From: Leucoraja erinacea
Taxonomy: Eukaryota
DNA length: 64,000 bases
Direction: 5' to 3'
Assembly (NCBI RefSeq): GCF_028641065.1
Contig: NC_073411.1
Span: 6,572,001 to 6,636,000 of the forward strand
The notes below the pieces were generated by a model. The model was not told the origin of the DNA. It made no database searches and saw only the letters and a program-made list of their open reading frames with translations. Positions 26,192 through 38,920 of this stretch are shown piece by piece. Both the position numbers and the translations under genes were made by a program. Each line of letters opens with the position of its first letter. Position 1 is the first letter of the stretch.

Positions 26192-27089
26192 GCTAAAGGG
26201 GATGAATTGATTATTTAAAAGGCCAGCAAAACAAGTTGTAAAATTGCCAATAAGACTGAACATGTTAAATTGCTCATAACATTCTCCAGTTGTTAAGTTT
26301 TCCTTCACTTTAATGTTCTGGGATTTACTGCATGTTAATTAAAACCTTTTCTCAAAAATCATTGTCTACTAAACACTTCAGTAAATTGCTTAGATGTAGT
26401 GATGAGGGACACTTCAAAACAATACAATACTGCTTGTTGCGATAGACTATGCAACCTTCAGTTTTCATTTATTTTATGCACGTAAGAATGGGCATACTGT
26501 AGACTATTTTGTTCAATATGTGCAGAGGTCAAAAGGACATCGGCATTCTCCTTCAACAATGAGATGAAACTGGTACAGGGTGAAATGTTTTCTGACTGAT
26601 GTGCATAAAGTGATTGGGGGCAGTGAGTTTCAACCTTATGTGGCCATCTGAGTCAGTGAATTTCTTCCCCTTATGCAGGGGGCTGCCCCTGAAGTAATAC
26701 TTTTTAGAAGAAGCACATGTGCAGGGGGTTTCATTTGACTTCGAAAAGTTAGATGTAGATAATAATAGACTGGAGTTCTAAGATGAAAACATTTTTGTGA
26801 GTGGTAGGCACGGATAGTTGAAGTAATCGGATGGCGATGGTGGCATACAAGCTTGCATTACACTGGATAGAAAACTTTCCTCTGTGTTTCCAGCAAAAGA
26901 TTATGTGTAAATATTACTCATGCAAGTGAAGTCTCTGAAAGAGATGACAGGGAAATGCAATGCTTCAATGGAATAGCTTGCCTCCTTGTTGATTCTGCAG
27001 GTCAAACCTTAACATCTAATGTAAAGTTCCAACAGGCAATCCACACAAATTACACTGCACTAGAAAGTAGATTCAAAAATACAAGTGGA

Positions 27090-27345
27090 AAAGAGTGGGT
27101 CCGCTTCAGAACCAAGGGAGTAATCTGTGTGTGGCCCCACGGTTGTAAGCAGGATCCTAAATGAAGACTTCTCATCTGTATTCACCAAGGAGAAGGATAT
27201 GGAAGATAGTGATTTCAGGGAGGAATATGTGGATAATCTGGCACTTGTCAGTATTAAGGTGTTAAGTGTCACAGGACACCTTTTGTGGGGGAGATCCTGT
27301 CTCAGTAATTTGATGGAGTTTTTGAGGAGGGACAGGGAGTTGATG
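27090..27345 (+). mobile_element. Old CR1 ORF2 fragments
   Basis: LNEDFSSVFTKE and GRSCLSNLMEF motifs. Confidence 0.7.
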
Positions 27346-27431
27346 AGTTGTTTGTGAGGCTCTGTCTTTAGTGGTGTCCTTGAGAGCTTCGTCATTGATG
27401 TTCTTGCAGCACCACCTGATTATGTCGATGT

Positions 27432-28057
27432 TCTGGGCCATGTTGTTGAAGAGGCCAGTGCCTCTACTTCCTGAGAAGATTACGGAGAGTCGGTTTGTCA
27501 AGGAGGACTCTCTCTAACTTCTACAGGTGCACAGTAGAGAGCATGCTGACCGGTTGCATCGTGGCTTGGTTCGGCAACTTGAGCGCCCTGAAGAGGAAAA
27601 GACTACAAAAAGTAGTAAACACTGCTCAGTCCATCATCGGCTCTGACCTTCCTTCCTTCGAGGGGATTTATCGCAGTCGCTGCCTCAAAAAGGCTGGCAG
27701 TATCATCAAAGACCCACACCATCCTGGCCACACACTCATTTCCCTGCTACCTTCAGGTAGAAGGTACAGGAGCCTGAAGACTGCAACGACCAGGTGCAGG
27801 AATAGCTACTTCCCCACAGCCATCAGGCTATTAAACCTGGCTTGGAAAAACTCTGATTATTAATAACCCATTATCTGTTATTTGCACTTTATCAGTTTAT
27901 TTATTCATCTGTGTATATATTTACATTATGGTATATGGACACACTGATCTGTTTAGTAGTAAATGCCTACTATGTTCTGTGTGCTGAAGCAAAGCAAGAA
28001 TTTCATTGTCCTATACAGGGACACTTGACAATAAACTCACTTGAACTTGAACTTGAA
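27432..28057 (+). mobile_element. Rex1/Babar LINE 3' fragment
   Basis: NFYRCTVESMLTGCIVAWFG...LPSGRRYRSL...NSYFPTAIRLLN; (cttgaa)n tail. Confidence 0.9.
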
Positions 28058-28118
28058 ATGAAGAATGTGAATAAGGCAGTGGTCAATGCCTGTCATGGCA
28101 TGGGTCATGTCAACATTT

Positions 28119-28548
28119 GAATTGAATTGAATTGAATTGAATTCCTTTATTGTCATTCAGACCTTACGGTCTGAACGAAATTTCATGCCTGCAGTCATAC
28201 ATACAATGATACAATAATAAACAACAATAAACACAAATTAACATCCACCACAGTGTATCCTCCAAACACCTCCTCACTGTGGTGGAGGCAAAAAATCTTA
28301 GGGCTGCAGTCTCTTCCCTCCTCTTCTCCCTCTGCGCTGAGGCGATTCCCCACCGGGCGATGGTACAAACAGTCCCGCAGCTCACCGAACCCCGCAAACG
28401 GGCCGGTTCAAACACTGCGGCCCGGGGTGGTCGAAGCCGCCGCACCTCCAGTCCAGCACACGCAGCCGCCGGCCCGCGGCTGAACCCAGGACTCTGGACA
28501 CCGCCGCCAGAATGTTGTCCCAGCCACCGGACCGGATCGCCCTCACGT
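28119..28548 (-). mobile_element. Non-coding GC-rich element with Rex1-type tail
   Basis: (gaatt)n + tttattgtca...gaaatttc is the reverse of the Rex1-like gaaatttc...tgacaataaa tail; CpG-rich body without RT motifs. Confidence 0.6.
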
Positions 28549-28743
28549 GAGTGCCGTTTCTCCCTCGGGCTGGGCCACTCCAGCGGGAGTGCCGTTTCTC
28601 CCTCGGGCTGGGCCACTCCAGCGGGAGTGCCGTTTCTCCCTCGGGCTGGGCCACTCCAGCGGGAGTGCCGTTTCTCCCTCGGGCTGGGCCACTCCAGCGG
28701 GAGTGCCGTTTCTCCCTCGGGCTGGGCCACTCCAGCGGGAGTG
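28549..28743. repeat. Minisatellite, 5 perfect copies of a 38-bp unit
   Basis: gagtgccgtttctccctcgggctgggccactccagcgg starting at 28549, 28587, 28625, 28663, 28701. Confidence 0.97.
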
Positions 28744-29314
28744 GCCCAGCCACTGCCTCAGTAGAACCAGTCCCAACTATGCTCGAAGCTTTAAGTGAAG
28801 CCCATCCTTTGTGTGAAACTGACAGCGAATTCCACTTCAGTACTTTCCGACTGAATCATTTGATGGTGGCTGGTGTTCAAGGTCTGAGCTTCCATTGGAG
28901 CAACAATAACATTCATCTTTGAAGTGGAATGCTGAAACGGGGAACATACAATGGACCCAACAGACAATGGACATGACAAATCAATGGTGCTTCAGTTCAG
29001 CATACAATTATTTAAATGGGCTTTTAGGGTGGCAAGGCACAGCAGCCATTTTATCCCCTTGCACATTTGCTCAGAGTTGTTCCACTGGAAAAGTCACAAG
29101 AACTGAAAGTAAATCATCGCCCCTCACCCTGACTACAGCTTTTGTCATCTTATTGTTCCTACTCAGCCAATGAACCAGACAGCTGAGATTGCCACTGCTC
29201 AATGTGAAGTGGTGCTTTCTGAATCTGACCTTTATGGTTCCTGAGCCACTGATAATATGGAGAAGCAAAGGTGTGCAGAATACCAATGCAAGCTAGGGTG
29301 ATACAGTGGCACAG

Positions 29315-29712
29315 AGATTCAGATTCAGATTCAACTTTAATTGTCATTGTGCAGTGTACAGTACAGAGACAACGAAATGCAGTTAGCATCTCCCTGGAAG
29401 AGCGACATAAATAAATCTATTTACATGCATACGGTCATAGTGTTTTTACTGGTGGGAGGAGTGTCCGGGGGGGGGGTGATTGGCAGTCACCGAGGTACAG
29501 TGTTGAGTAGTGTAACAACCGCAGGGAAGAAGCTGTTCCTGGACCTGCTGGTCCGGCCACGGAGAGACCTGTAGCGCCTCCCGGATGGTAGGAGGGTAAA
29601 CAGTCTATGGTTGGGGTGAGAGCAGTCCTTGGCGATGCTGAGCGCCCTTCGCAGACAACGCTTGCTTTGGACAGACTCAATGGAGGGGAGCGAGGAACCG
29701 GTGATGCGTTGG
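29315..29712 (-). mobile_element. Rex1/Babar 3' fragment inserted in a V-SINE head
   Basis: (gattca)n tail; reverse reads LPSGRRYRSL...NSFFPA; flanks cagtggcacag | ttgctgccttacagcgccag rejoin a SINE head. Confidence 0.8.
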
Positions 29713-30477
29713 GTATTGCTGCCTTACAGCGCCAGCTTGTTCCAGCCTTGCTACATCATTGATAGGCAATGGAAGTGCTCATGGAGATGGATAATTTATT
29801 AAGCAAAGTCACTGCTTTGTACCAGACTTCCTGGGTGATATTAGAGCTCCCCTCTCTTGGCAGGGTCAATCATTCATAACACACCTCGTTAATGGTAGCA
29901 GTGGGGATGTATGTCGCAGAAGGCTTGGCCCCTGTGATATGTTTATAGCCATAGAATTTTAGAACTGGACCACGTATGTCATCACCCAGGATTTGACAAC
30001 AGGGATACTGTGATGGGATTGCCATTGAATGTGACGTGGAAGTGGTTAGAATTTTATTGCTGTTTTTTTAACGCAGGTTTGCAAACAGCAAGCATTCGAG
30101 TGCTTTGTTTTGGTGATGTGCTTTGTGTTCATGGCGTGGCATATTAAATAGTCCATTTGGCACACAAATTGCTATGTAAGCAATGTAAGAGCACCCTGAT
30201 GAAATACTGATATTGTATGTTTGAAAAATACAAATAGTTGGTGGAGAAACTGCACAAAGCGAGAAATTGCTCAAATGTGAACAATAACTTGTCTAGCAAC
30301 CAAAACTTTTTTTTTTCATACACACTGTAGATTCAGCATTAACGTCATGTCCATGCAATGAGCATCAACTCTGTCTCAAAGTGCAAGCAGAGCAAATGAG
30401 GGATCAAACCTCTGTATTCTCACCATGGAATAGGCCCAGCGCAGTCCTGTTGTCTGAATATGTTCATTCGAAAATTT

Positions 30478-31030
30478 ATCCCAGGAGCGAAATTAATCTG
30501 CCAACAGTCCTAAAAACACAATATACATGAAACATGAAATTAAAGTGATGAGTGGAAAGGCTTGGGGGGGATGGGTAAAGATTGGGGGGGAGGGGGAGGG
30601 AGTCAGTCTCAGTCTACCACACGACAGAAAAGTGTGGAGTTGCACAGTTTGATGGCCACAGGGAAGAAGGATTTCCTGTGGCGTTCAGTCCTGCATCTTG
30701 GTGGAACCAGTCTGTTGCTGAAGGTGCTCCTCAGGTTGACCAGTGTGTCGTGGAGGGGTGAGCTGTATTGTCCAGGATGCTCCGCAGCTTGAGGAGCATC
30801 CTCCCCTCCAAGACCACCTTCCGTGAATCCAATTCCACCCCCAGGACGGAGCCAGCCCTCCTGATGAGTTTGTTGATCCTATTGCCATCCACAGGCTTGG
30901 CCCTGCTGCCCCAGCACACAGCAATGAAGATGATGGCAATGGCTACAACTGATTGGAAGAACATCTGCAGCAGACGTTGAAAGAACGGAGCCTTCTCAAG
31001 ATGTACTGCCGGCTCTTTCCCTTCTTGTAT
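30478..31030 (-). mobile_element. Rex1/Babar-group LINE 3' fragment
   Basis: Minus ORF MFFQSVVAIAIIFIAVCWG...RINKLIRRAGSVLG...ILDNTAHP. Confidence 0.85.
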
Positions 31031-31449
31031 AGGGCCTCACCGTTCCTGGATGTTCAACGATTTTATGTCAAGTTTCAGATACTTGGAATAAGTTACTCCA
31101 AATAATGTTAAATAAACATGCATTACTTGGATTTACTTCAGTACATTATTTAATTCTGTAAAGCTGTTGGCCATTTCAATACAAGGTGGAGTTTAATGAA
31201 CTGTGGGATGAAAAGTGATGTTGCATGGAAATTGCAGTCATTTTTCTCGCAGTGAGCATGTTTTTTAAAGTGCATCTGCTGCCTGCTGGCAATGAAATTC
31301 AGAGTTAAACAACCATCAGTTCGACTGAAAGCAAGCAATTGTGATATTGTCGTGCAGTATTTGGACAAAATCACAAAGTTTTAAACTGATTGTTTCTTTG
31401 TAGGATCACAAAACGATTATACATGTGGTCTAACCTCCATTAACTACGA

Positions 31450-31690
31450 CACATCACTAACTTCCACCCTGCCCTCAAATTCACTTGGACTATCTCTGAT
31501 GCCTTCTCCCCTTTCTCGATCTCCCTGTCTCCATCTCAGGGGATAGACTATTGACTGATGGCCTTATTCTTCTCCCAGCTCCCCCCTCCCCTCTCCCCCC
31601 TCAGCTTACTGATCCCCTTACTAGAAATAGTCTGATGAAGGGTCCTACCTGAAACATCACATATCCATGTCTTCCAGAGACGCTGCACTG
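31450..31690 (+). mobile_element. Internally deleted Penelope-like element (RT fragment + 3' end)
   Basis: TNFHPALKFTWTISD..(L)PFLDL RT segment; then ctgatgaagggtcctacctgaaacatc hammerhead-like core. Confidence 0.8.
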
Positions 31691-31789
31691 TAGAATTTGA
31701 TGGTCACCAAGTACATCTGGCTCCATCATGTTGCAAATGTTGGTTTATCATTCAAGATGTCTCGAATACTCAATTTGTGAAACCACTTC

Positions 31790-32535
31790 AAATTGTCGAA
31801 AATGTGGGAGGCGTGATGAGTAAGTGTGCAGATGACATGAAAATTAACATTATGTTTGATAGTCAGGGTGATCGTCATGTTTGAAAAGAGTACTGATCAG
31901 TTGCAAATTGGGCAGATTAATGGCAGATAGAGTTTAATCCAAATGAGTGTTAGATGGTAGAATTTAGAAGGTCTAATAAGGGCCGGGGTTCTAAGGAACA
32001 AAAGAACCTTGGTGTACTAGACAACAGATCCCTAAAGGTGGAAGCACCGCTGAAGAAGGTACACAAGATGCTTGTTCTCATTAGCTGGCACAGCAAATTT
32101 AAAAGCTTCGGACTTTTTCATCCAATGTTATAAAACTTGTGAATGTACTGGAGAGGGTGCAGAGGAGATTTACCTTGATGTTGCCTGTGGTGGATCAATT
32201 AAGAAGAAAGACTGGATCGGCTGGATAAATTGTTTTCCTTGGAGCAGAGGTGGCTGAGAAGGAATTTGATTGAGATATGCAAAATTATAAAAAGCATTCA
32301 CTGGGCAAATAGGAACCTTTCTAAATTCAGAGGTTTCTTAGACCAGAGGCCATAGGTCTAAACATGGATGGTGAAAAGAGGTAGTCACGCATATGATATT
32401 TAATAAGTATCTGTTTAAGCACTTGTATCACCAAGACATAGAAGGATATTGAACATACACAAATATCAATGAATAAAGATAAATGTGATGGTTGGCATGG
32501 CTATGAAGGGCTGAAGAGCCTATTTCTCTGCTGTC
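31790..32535 (+). mobile_element. Old degenerate CR1 3' region
   Basis: aagtgtgcagatgac (KFADD-like), tggcagatagagtttaatcc (WQ.EFNP), CR1 tail gaagggctgaagagcct. Confidence 0.7.
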
Positions 32536-33196
32536 GAAGTTCTGGAATGACGAAAGCTGTGGCTCGGATGAAGGGTCAATGATGCCAGGGGGAAGGATTG
32601 GTTTTATTGAATGACCTTTTTGTATTGCACCATTTACAGTAAATTAATGTACAGATATCTCCAAAAAATAAAGCATGGAATTGTTTTGAAAAATAAAAGT
32701 TAAACGCATTGAGTTAACACATAAATGTGAATGTGAATACCAACAAAGTGGCTTGCAATGTTATTTTAGAAGAAATCTTCTCATAAATATCAAATGAAGA
32801 GATTCAGTGGACTGTCTTTATACATTGCAAGACTGGTTTTAGCACAATATGATTTGTAATTGCTCTGGGTTTTATAGAATGACTATCAATTTCAGTAATT
32901 TTTATGTTATTTTCTGTTCCTAAAGCTAAGTTCCCAGTCTTCTCCCATATCACTAAAACACAGTTTTGTATTTATATTCACAATGTGTATTGATTTCACA
33001 TTAAAATATGAACAAACTCTGCACCATTTGATTTTATCTTTTCTGCTGATTACCATAGTGCCATACACATTTGAGAAAAGGGATGCGTTTGATAAATATA
33101 TCTAATTTACAAAATAAGTTGCGCAATTGCTTTTGGGGTGAAGGAACCCTTAGTGTTATTTTTTATGACTTTTAATTTTGTTTCATTGTATCACAG

Positions 33197-33313
33197 CGTA
33201 TACGCCTCCCAACCCTCCATCTGGCACAGGCTACCACCGTTACCAGTTCTTCCTTTACGAGCAACCAGTCAGCAGAACTATTTCACTGGATGAACACGAA
33301 GCAAAGTCCTTAA
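33197..33313 (+). CDS. PEBP4: PEBP4-like internal coding exon (117 nt, phase 1 to 1)
   Basis: tttcattgtatcacag acceptor, gtaagt donor; encodes (A)YTPPNPPSGTGYHRYQFFLYEQPVSRTISLDEHEAKSL with PEBP signature P.PP.G.G.HRY.F..Y.Q; HRYQFF and the ISL segment favour PEBP4. Confidence 0.92.
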   Translation, partial: RIRLPTLHLAQATTVTSSSFTSNQSAELFHWMNTKQSP

Positions 33314-33914
33314 GTAAGTCTATTAAAGAAAGGTGAGGGGCAACATTTTATTTTTGTTTCGGAGGTGACAGTATCTTCACCAGTTATTAAAAATGTGGAT
33401 GTGTAAGGTGTTTGCAGAACTCCACAACACAAAAGATTTTAATAATTCTGACTGGATTTTGAAAGAGTGGGATACTTATCTGCATCAAAGACTTTAGTTG
33501 CAACGCTGGCTATAAGCCCTTGTGATGCATTTGCATTAAATCGATATTGCCAAGTGGAGCCAAAACTTCTGAGGAGGTGGGCAAATTTGAATGAGCATTG
33601 TCTCGGGAAGCTTTTGGAACAATAACATTTTCTGGAATTGATTAAAAAAGAGGTAATAAAGATGACTTTTTTTTACATCAAACCAAGTAATTGACCAGCA
33701 TTCCACACCACTGGGTAAGCAGAGCACCTACAAAATACCACTGTTTCATTATTTGACTTCATTAATTCGCTTATTTATAGATTTAATTGGTCCTTGAAGT
33801 TGGTGCATTTTTATTATTGAAGCAAATAGAAATATCCCATCAGTATTATCTATATCATCAATACATTGGCATCAAGGTTATATCTAGAAAACCTTTTTAT
33901 CCAAACCATGTTAA

Positions 33915-35973
33915 AGTGCAGGGGGCGTCTGCCTCATGGTCAACTCTGCGTGGTGCTCAGACGTGGCAGTCCTATCCAACTCCTGCTCTCCACACCCCGA
34001 ACATCTGGCCATGAAGTGCCGCCCCTTCAACCTTCCGAGGGAATTCACATCCATCATCCTGACCGCGGTCTACATCCCACCCCAAGCAGACGTCCGTCTG
34101 GCACTGAACAATGAGATCCGCACTCTTCTGAAGTCCAGATACCGGGCATTCATGCCTGAAGATACCGGGGACTACAAGAAGACCAGATACGACCTTAGTA
34201 AGGCCATCAAAAGGGCCAAAAGGGACTTCTGCCCCAAATGTTCGGCAGCTGTGGCGGGGCTGAATGCAATCACCTCCTACAAGGCGAAATCAGAAGGCAG
34301 TACACATGTCAGTGAAAGTTCACTCCCTGACGAGCTCAATGTGTTTTACGCACGCTTTGATAGGGAAAACACTGATGTGCCTTCTCGAGCCCCCATTCGC
34401 TGTTATGGTATTTTGGTCACGGTCACTGAGGTCGACGTCAGAAAATTCTTCAGAGGGGTGAACCCTCGGAAAGCGCCTGGACCTGATGGCATACCCGGTC
34501 GTGTTCTAATAACCTATGCGGACCAACTGGCTGGAGTTTTTACGGACATTTTCAACATCTCACTTCTGAGTTTTGATGTTCCCACCTGCTTTAAAAGGGC
34601 ATCAATCATACCGGTGCCCAAGAAGAGCAAGGTGACTATCGACCAGTGGTACTAACGTTGGTGGTGATGAAGTGCTTTGAGAGGTTGATCATGGCGCAAA
34701 TCAACTCCGACCTCGACAAAAACCTGGACCCACTGCAGTTTGCTTACCGCCAAAACAGATCAATGGTGGATGCAATCTCACTGGCTCTCCACTCCGCTCT
34801 GGACCACTTGGACAACAAAAACTCATATGTCAGGCTGTTATTCATTGACTACAGCTCAGCATTTAACACAATCATCCCCTCCAAGCTGGTTACCAAACTC
34901 ACAGAACTGGGTCTCTGCGCATCCCTCTGCAATTGGATCCTCGACTTCCTCATTCACAGACCTTAGTCCGTCCTTATTGGTGGAAATGTGTCAGCCTCGA
35001 TAACAATCAGCACGGGAGCACCTCAAGGCTGCGTGCTCAGCCCCTTGCTGTACTCACTCTATACTCATGACTGCGTAGCCGGTCATAGTGTGAATTCCAT
35101 CATCAAGTTCGCTAACGACACCACTGTTGTGGGTCGGATCACTGATGGAGATGAGTCAGAGTATAGAAGTGAGATTGACCATTTGACCAAATGGTGCCAG
35201 CACAATAACCTGGCTCTCAACACCTGCAAAACCAAGGAACTGATTGTGGACTTTGGAAGGGGTAGAATGGGGACCCATAGTCCCCTTTATATTAACGGGT
35301 CGATGGTGGAGAGGGTCAAGAACTACAAATTCCTGGGCGTGCACATCTCTGAAGATCTCTCCTGGTCCGAGAACACGGATGCAATTATAAAGAAAGCACA
35401 TCAGCGCCTCTGCTTCCTGAGAAGATTACGGAGAGTCGGTATGTCAAGGAGGACTCTCTCGAACTTCTACAGGTGCACAGCGGTGAGCCTGCTGACCGGT
35501 TGCATTGTGGCTTGGTTCGGCAACTTGAGCGCCCAGGAGCGGAAAAGACTACAAAAGGTTGTAAGCACAGCCCCGTCCAGACCTCCCTACCATCGAAGGG
35601 ATCTACCGCAGCCGCTGCCTCAAAAAGGCTGCCAGTATCATCAAGGACCCACACCATCCTGGCCACTCACTCATCTCCCCGCTGCCCTCAGGTAGAAGGT
35701 ACAGGAGCCTGAAATCTGCAACATCCAGGTCCAGGAATAGCTTCTTCCCCACAGCCATCTGGCTACTAAACTCAACTCATACAGAACTCTGAACATTGAT
35801 AGCCCATTGCACTTTATCTGTTTATTTATTTGTGTGTGTATATATTTATTCAATGGTATATGGACACACTGTATTTATGCCTACTATATTCTGTTGTGCT
35901 GAAGCAAAGCAAGAATTTCATTGTCCTATCTGGGACACATGACAATAAACTGTCTTGAATCTTGAATCTTGAA
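33915..35973 (+). mobile_element. Rex1/Babar LINE, ~2 kb, endonuclease end + RT, disrupted
   Basis: [54 protein letters not shown] (FADD mutated); frameshifts, stops and deletions; (cttgaat)n tail. Confidence 0.95.
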
Positions 35974-36897
35974 GTGATGCATTTGTTTTATGGTAGTTTT
36001 CACACGTAATTTTGCTTGCTCAACACATTTATTAACCCATTTGAAAGTGGTCTATTTTAAACTGTAGCTTGACTAAAGGTATCTTGTTATAAATGTATTT
36101 CACAAATGAGGTACAGAATAAAATAATATATTCTTTCAGCGTTTTATGAGGGTACAACAGGTTGGAGGACTGCATTCAAACTGCATTCACTCCAAATGCC
36201 ATCAATTTCAGGATGCCTGTACATATGCACAAATTGGCTGTTCTTCAGAAGAACATTGTTGACTGCACTCCAATGTTGGACTCTTCACGGATCATGGATT
36301 TGCTGGAATTCATCAGCATTAAACTGGGGAATCTGGCAATTGAACATGATTTGTATAGTTGTAAAAGCATTACTATTCATTTTAATGCAGAGAGATAGCT
36401 ATGAAAGATAAGTGTTTTTAAAAAAATGGAGCTGATTTAAATGACAAGAGGCTAACAGATCACTAGTTCCCTGTTTCCTACATCACTATATCTATATAAG
36501 TGTGTTGTCTGAATCTGTGACTGCTGCAAGCAAGATTTTAATTGTACTCGTATCTCACCATACTGGTGCACATGATTATGAACTCAATTTGATTTGATTT
36601 GACTCGTACATCTTCGGGTATCTGTCTTATTCTGGTTCAGCCATGCCACCTTGGTCAAAAGTTAAAATAATTCTCATTGCCTGATAAGATGCAATTTGAT
36701 ATAACATGAATACCGGGCCATCTATAGAGTTTGGTATCTTATTTGGACACTGAACATAATTCATTTATTTCGATGTTTTCATTGCCCACTATAACATTAT
36801 TATGGTTGGATAGCTCCTTCATGCACCCTTGCAATTATTCCGGCCTTTATTATTCCCAAATGTATTCACAATAATAGCTGAGTTCTTATAGTTTATT

Positions 36898-37113
36898 CCC
36901 ATCAGAACTGCCCCCTCCATCGACTCCTTTAAGTCAAGGCTAAAAACTTATCTATACCCCCAAGCCTATCCTGAAGCCCACTGAGCGAGGGCTATATGTA
37001 TATATGTATGTAGTTTGTTCGTTTATACTATTCTTATAACAAATGTAAAGCACTTTGGCCAACGAGAGTTGTTTTTTAAATGTGCTATATAAATGAATGT
37101 GACTTGACTTGAC
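36898..37113 (+). mobile_element. L2-clade LINE 3' end
   Basis: FKSRLKTYL then tgtaaagcactttg...aaatgtgctatataaat tail and (gactt)n. Confidence 0.75.
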
Positions 37114-37897
37114 TATTCTAGTTTGGTCAACAGTATTCTTTAATGCTTATAAAGTGGCTGGTTCCATACGATCTCACAGATGCTGCCAGTTCTGCATTAA
37201 ACTTTCCCACATGGGTTTCCCCTGTTGTGTATGTGGGTAGTATTATCTATGTGGTAGTTTGTATCATTAGTGTACTATGCGCAGGGGAAAGCTCCGGATG
37301 ATTCAAAGGCACATTTTACCCAGATTTGTTGGTCTTCAATTGCTTCTGCCATGCGTACCAAAGCTAAATTACCTTCACATACTGTTTTCCCTTCCCCAGA
37401 ACTAATATTATTGTTAAAACAATATGTGTAATACAGCTGTTTTAAATATGTGCCAACTTTAGATGCTTTCCCCAGGTAATTAACAGTTGGTCTGGCTGTC
37501 ATTATATCATTGCCTCTATTTCTCCCCATAGAAATAAAAATGTACGTTTGCTCTGTCTTGGCCCTGTTTATAAGATTCAGGACATGCAGAGAAGTGTTAC
37601 TTTATAAGAAACTTTGCAAATGAATCCTTGATATGTATGGCTCCTTATGTTAGATGCTGTGTACATTTCCTGAAAAGGTGGGATTGACAACTGTGCCAGT
37701 ACTGCTGTAGGCAAATAAAATCATCCTCTAAGGGCCACCATTTCACCACCCCGTAAGTCATTTTCTCTCTTTTGCTTCTGTTGTGTTTATGTAGCTTTAT
37801 CAGATTGAATTAACCTCCTTGTGGAAAACAAGGGCATTGTCCACAATATTGTATGACCCCCCCTAATCTAGTGGTTCAATAATGCTTGGAATTAGGA

Positions 37898-38210
37898 AAT
37901 ATACAAAATGTTGGAGTAATGCCCCTGTCCCACTTAGGAAACCTGAACGGGAACCTCTGGAGACTTGTCTCCAGAGGTTTCCATTCAGGTTTCCTAAGTG
38001 GGACGGGCATAACTCAGCGGGTCAGTCTAGAAAGACTGCTGGGTCCCTGGATGCGGGAAGTCTCCACCCTGGAACCCCAGCAGACCTTCCAGTCCAACCC
38101 AAAATGTCACCAATCCATGTTCTCCAGAGATGCTGCCTGACATGCTGAGTTACTCCAGCACTGTGTGTCCTTTTGTAAATTGACCAGAATCTGCAGTTCC
38201 TTGTTTCTAC
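37898..38210. mobile_element. Penelope-derived fold-back element containing a MITE
   Basis: aaaatgttggagtaa|ctcagcggg ... gctgagttactccagca...tctgcagttccttg. Confidence 0.7.
37920..38009. mobile_element. PIF/Harbinger-type 90-bp palindromic MITE
   Basis: tgcccctgtcccacttaggaaacc...ggtttcctaagtgggacgggca with TAA duplicated at 37917-37919 and 38010-38012. Confidence 0.85.
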
Positions 38211-38920
38211 TCCTCTAATGGTTTTTTTTAATCACCTCTACAAAACTGGCCAAAACTGGCCTAATATCTTCCTAAAGCTTCATAGTCATGCAGCATGGAA
38301 ACGGGCCCTTTAGTCCATCGAGTCCATATCATTATCTCCTTGTTCCTCTTAATTCTCCTGCCTTTTAGCTATTGAATGTGTGAACAATTATCCTGATGTT
38401 TTCATGGGTTACTCTATAGTAACTCATGGGATGAGTATCTGAATTAAGATTCAGATTCAGATTCAGTATCCTATGTGGGAGATACTTTGCCCGTTATTCA
38501 TTGATACTTCATCCCATTTTATTTCTTCTGTTTATCGAATCCTCTCCAGTCTTTCGTTTATTATCCTATTTGTACATCCAACGTTTTCTGAAGTCAGTGG
38601 ATTATGGCTTTCATGTTACTTCCCTTCAGCAGGCAACCATTTCAAGGTCACCCTCATTATCTGTCTGATAAAGTGATAATCCTGATCTGATTCCAGCATG
38701 CTTGGCCGTTCACATCTAGAGAACACCTCTCACATCTTGATCTTATCTGTGATTAGTACAGTAACTGCTTTGCATATAAAAGCCTTAACTCATTCAGTCA
38801 TGTTATCCACTAATAATGCTGAAAATTGGGAGAAATCCAATAAAATATACCTGTACGCACTACCATGTCCCCTCTATCTTCAGAGTGTGCCTAAGCAAAG
38901 CTTTCCCATTGTGAATCTGA

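Noticed and set aside
28549-28743. CRISPR-like array or repeat-protein ORFs
   Set aside because: The units are contiguous with no spacers, there are no cas genes and the context is eukaryotic; the ORFs arise because the 38-mer lacks stop codons.
33936-35695. Intact, active reverse transcriptase gene
   Set aside because: Split over three ORFs, with internal deletions and catalytic FADD changed to FAND; a dead Rex1 copy.
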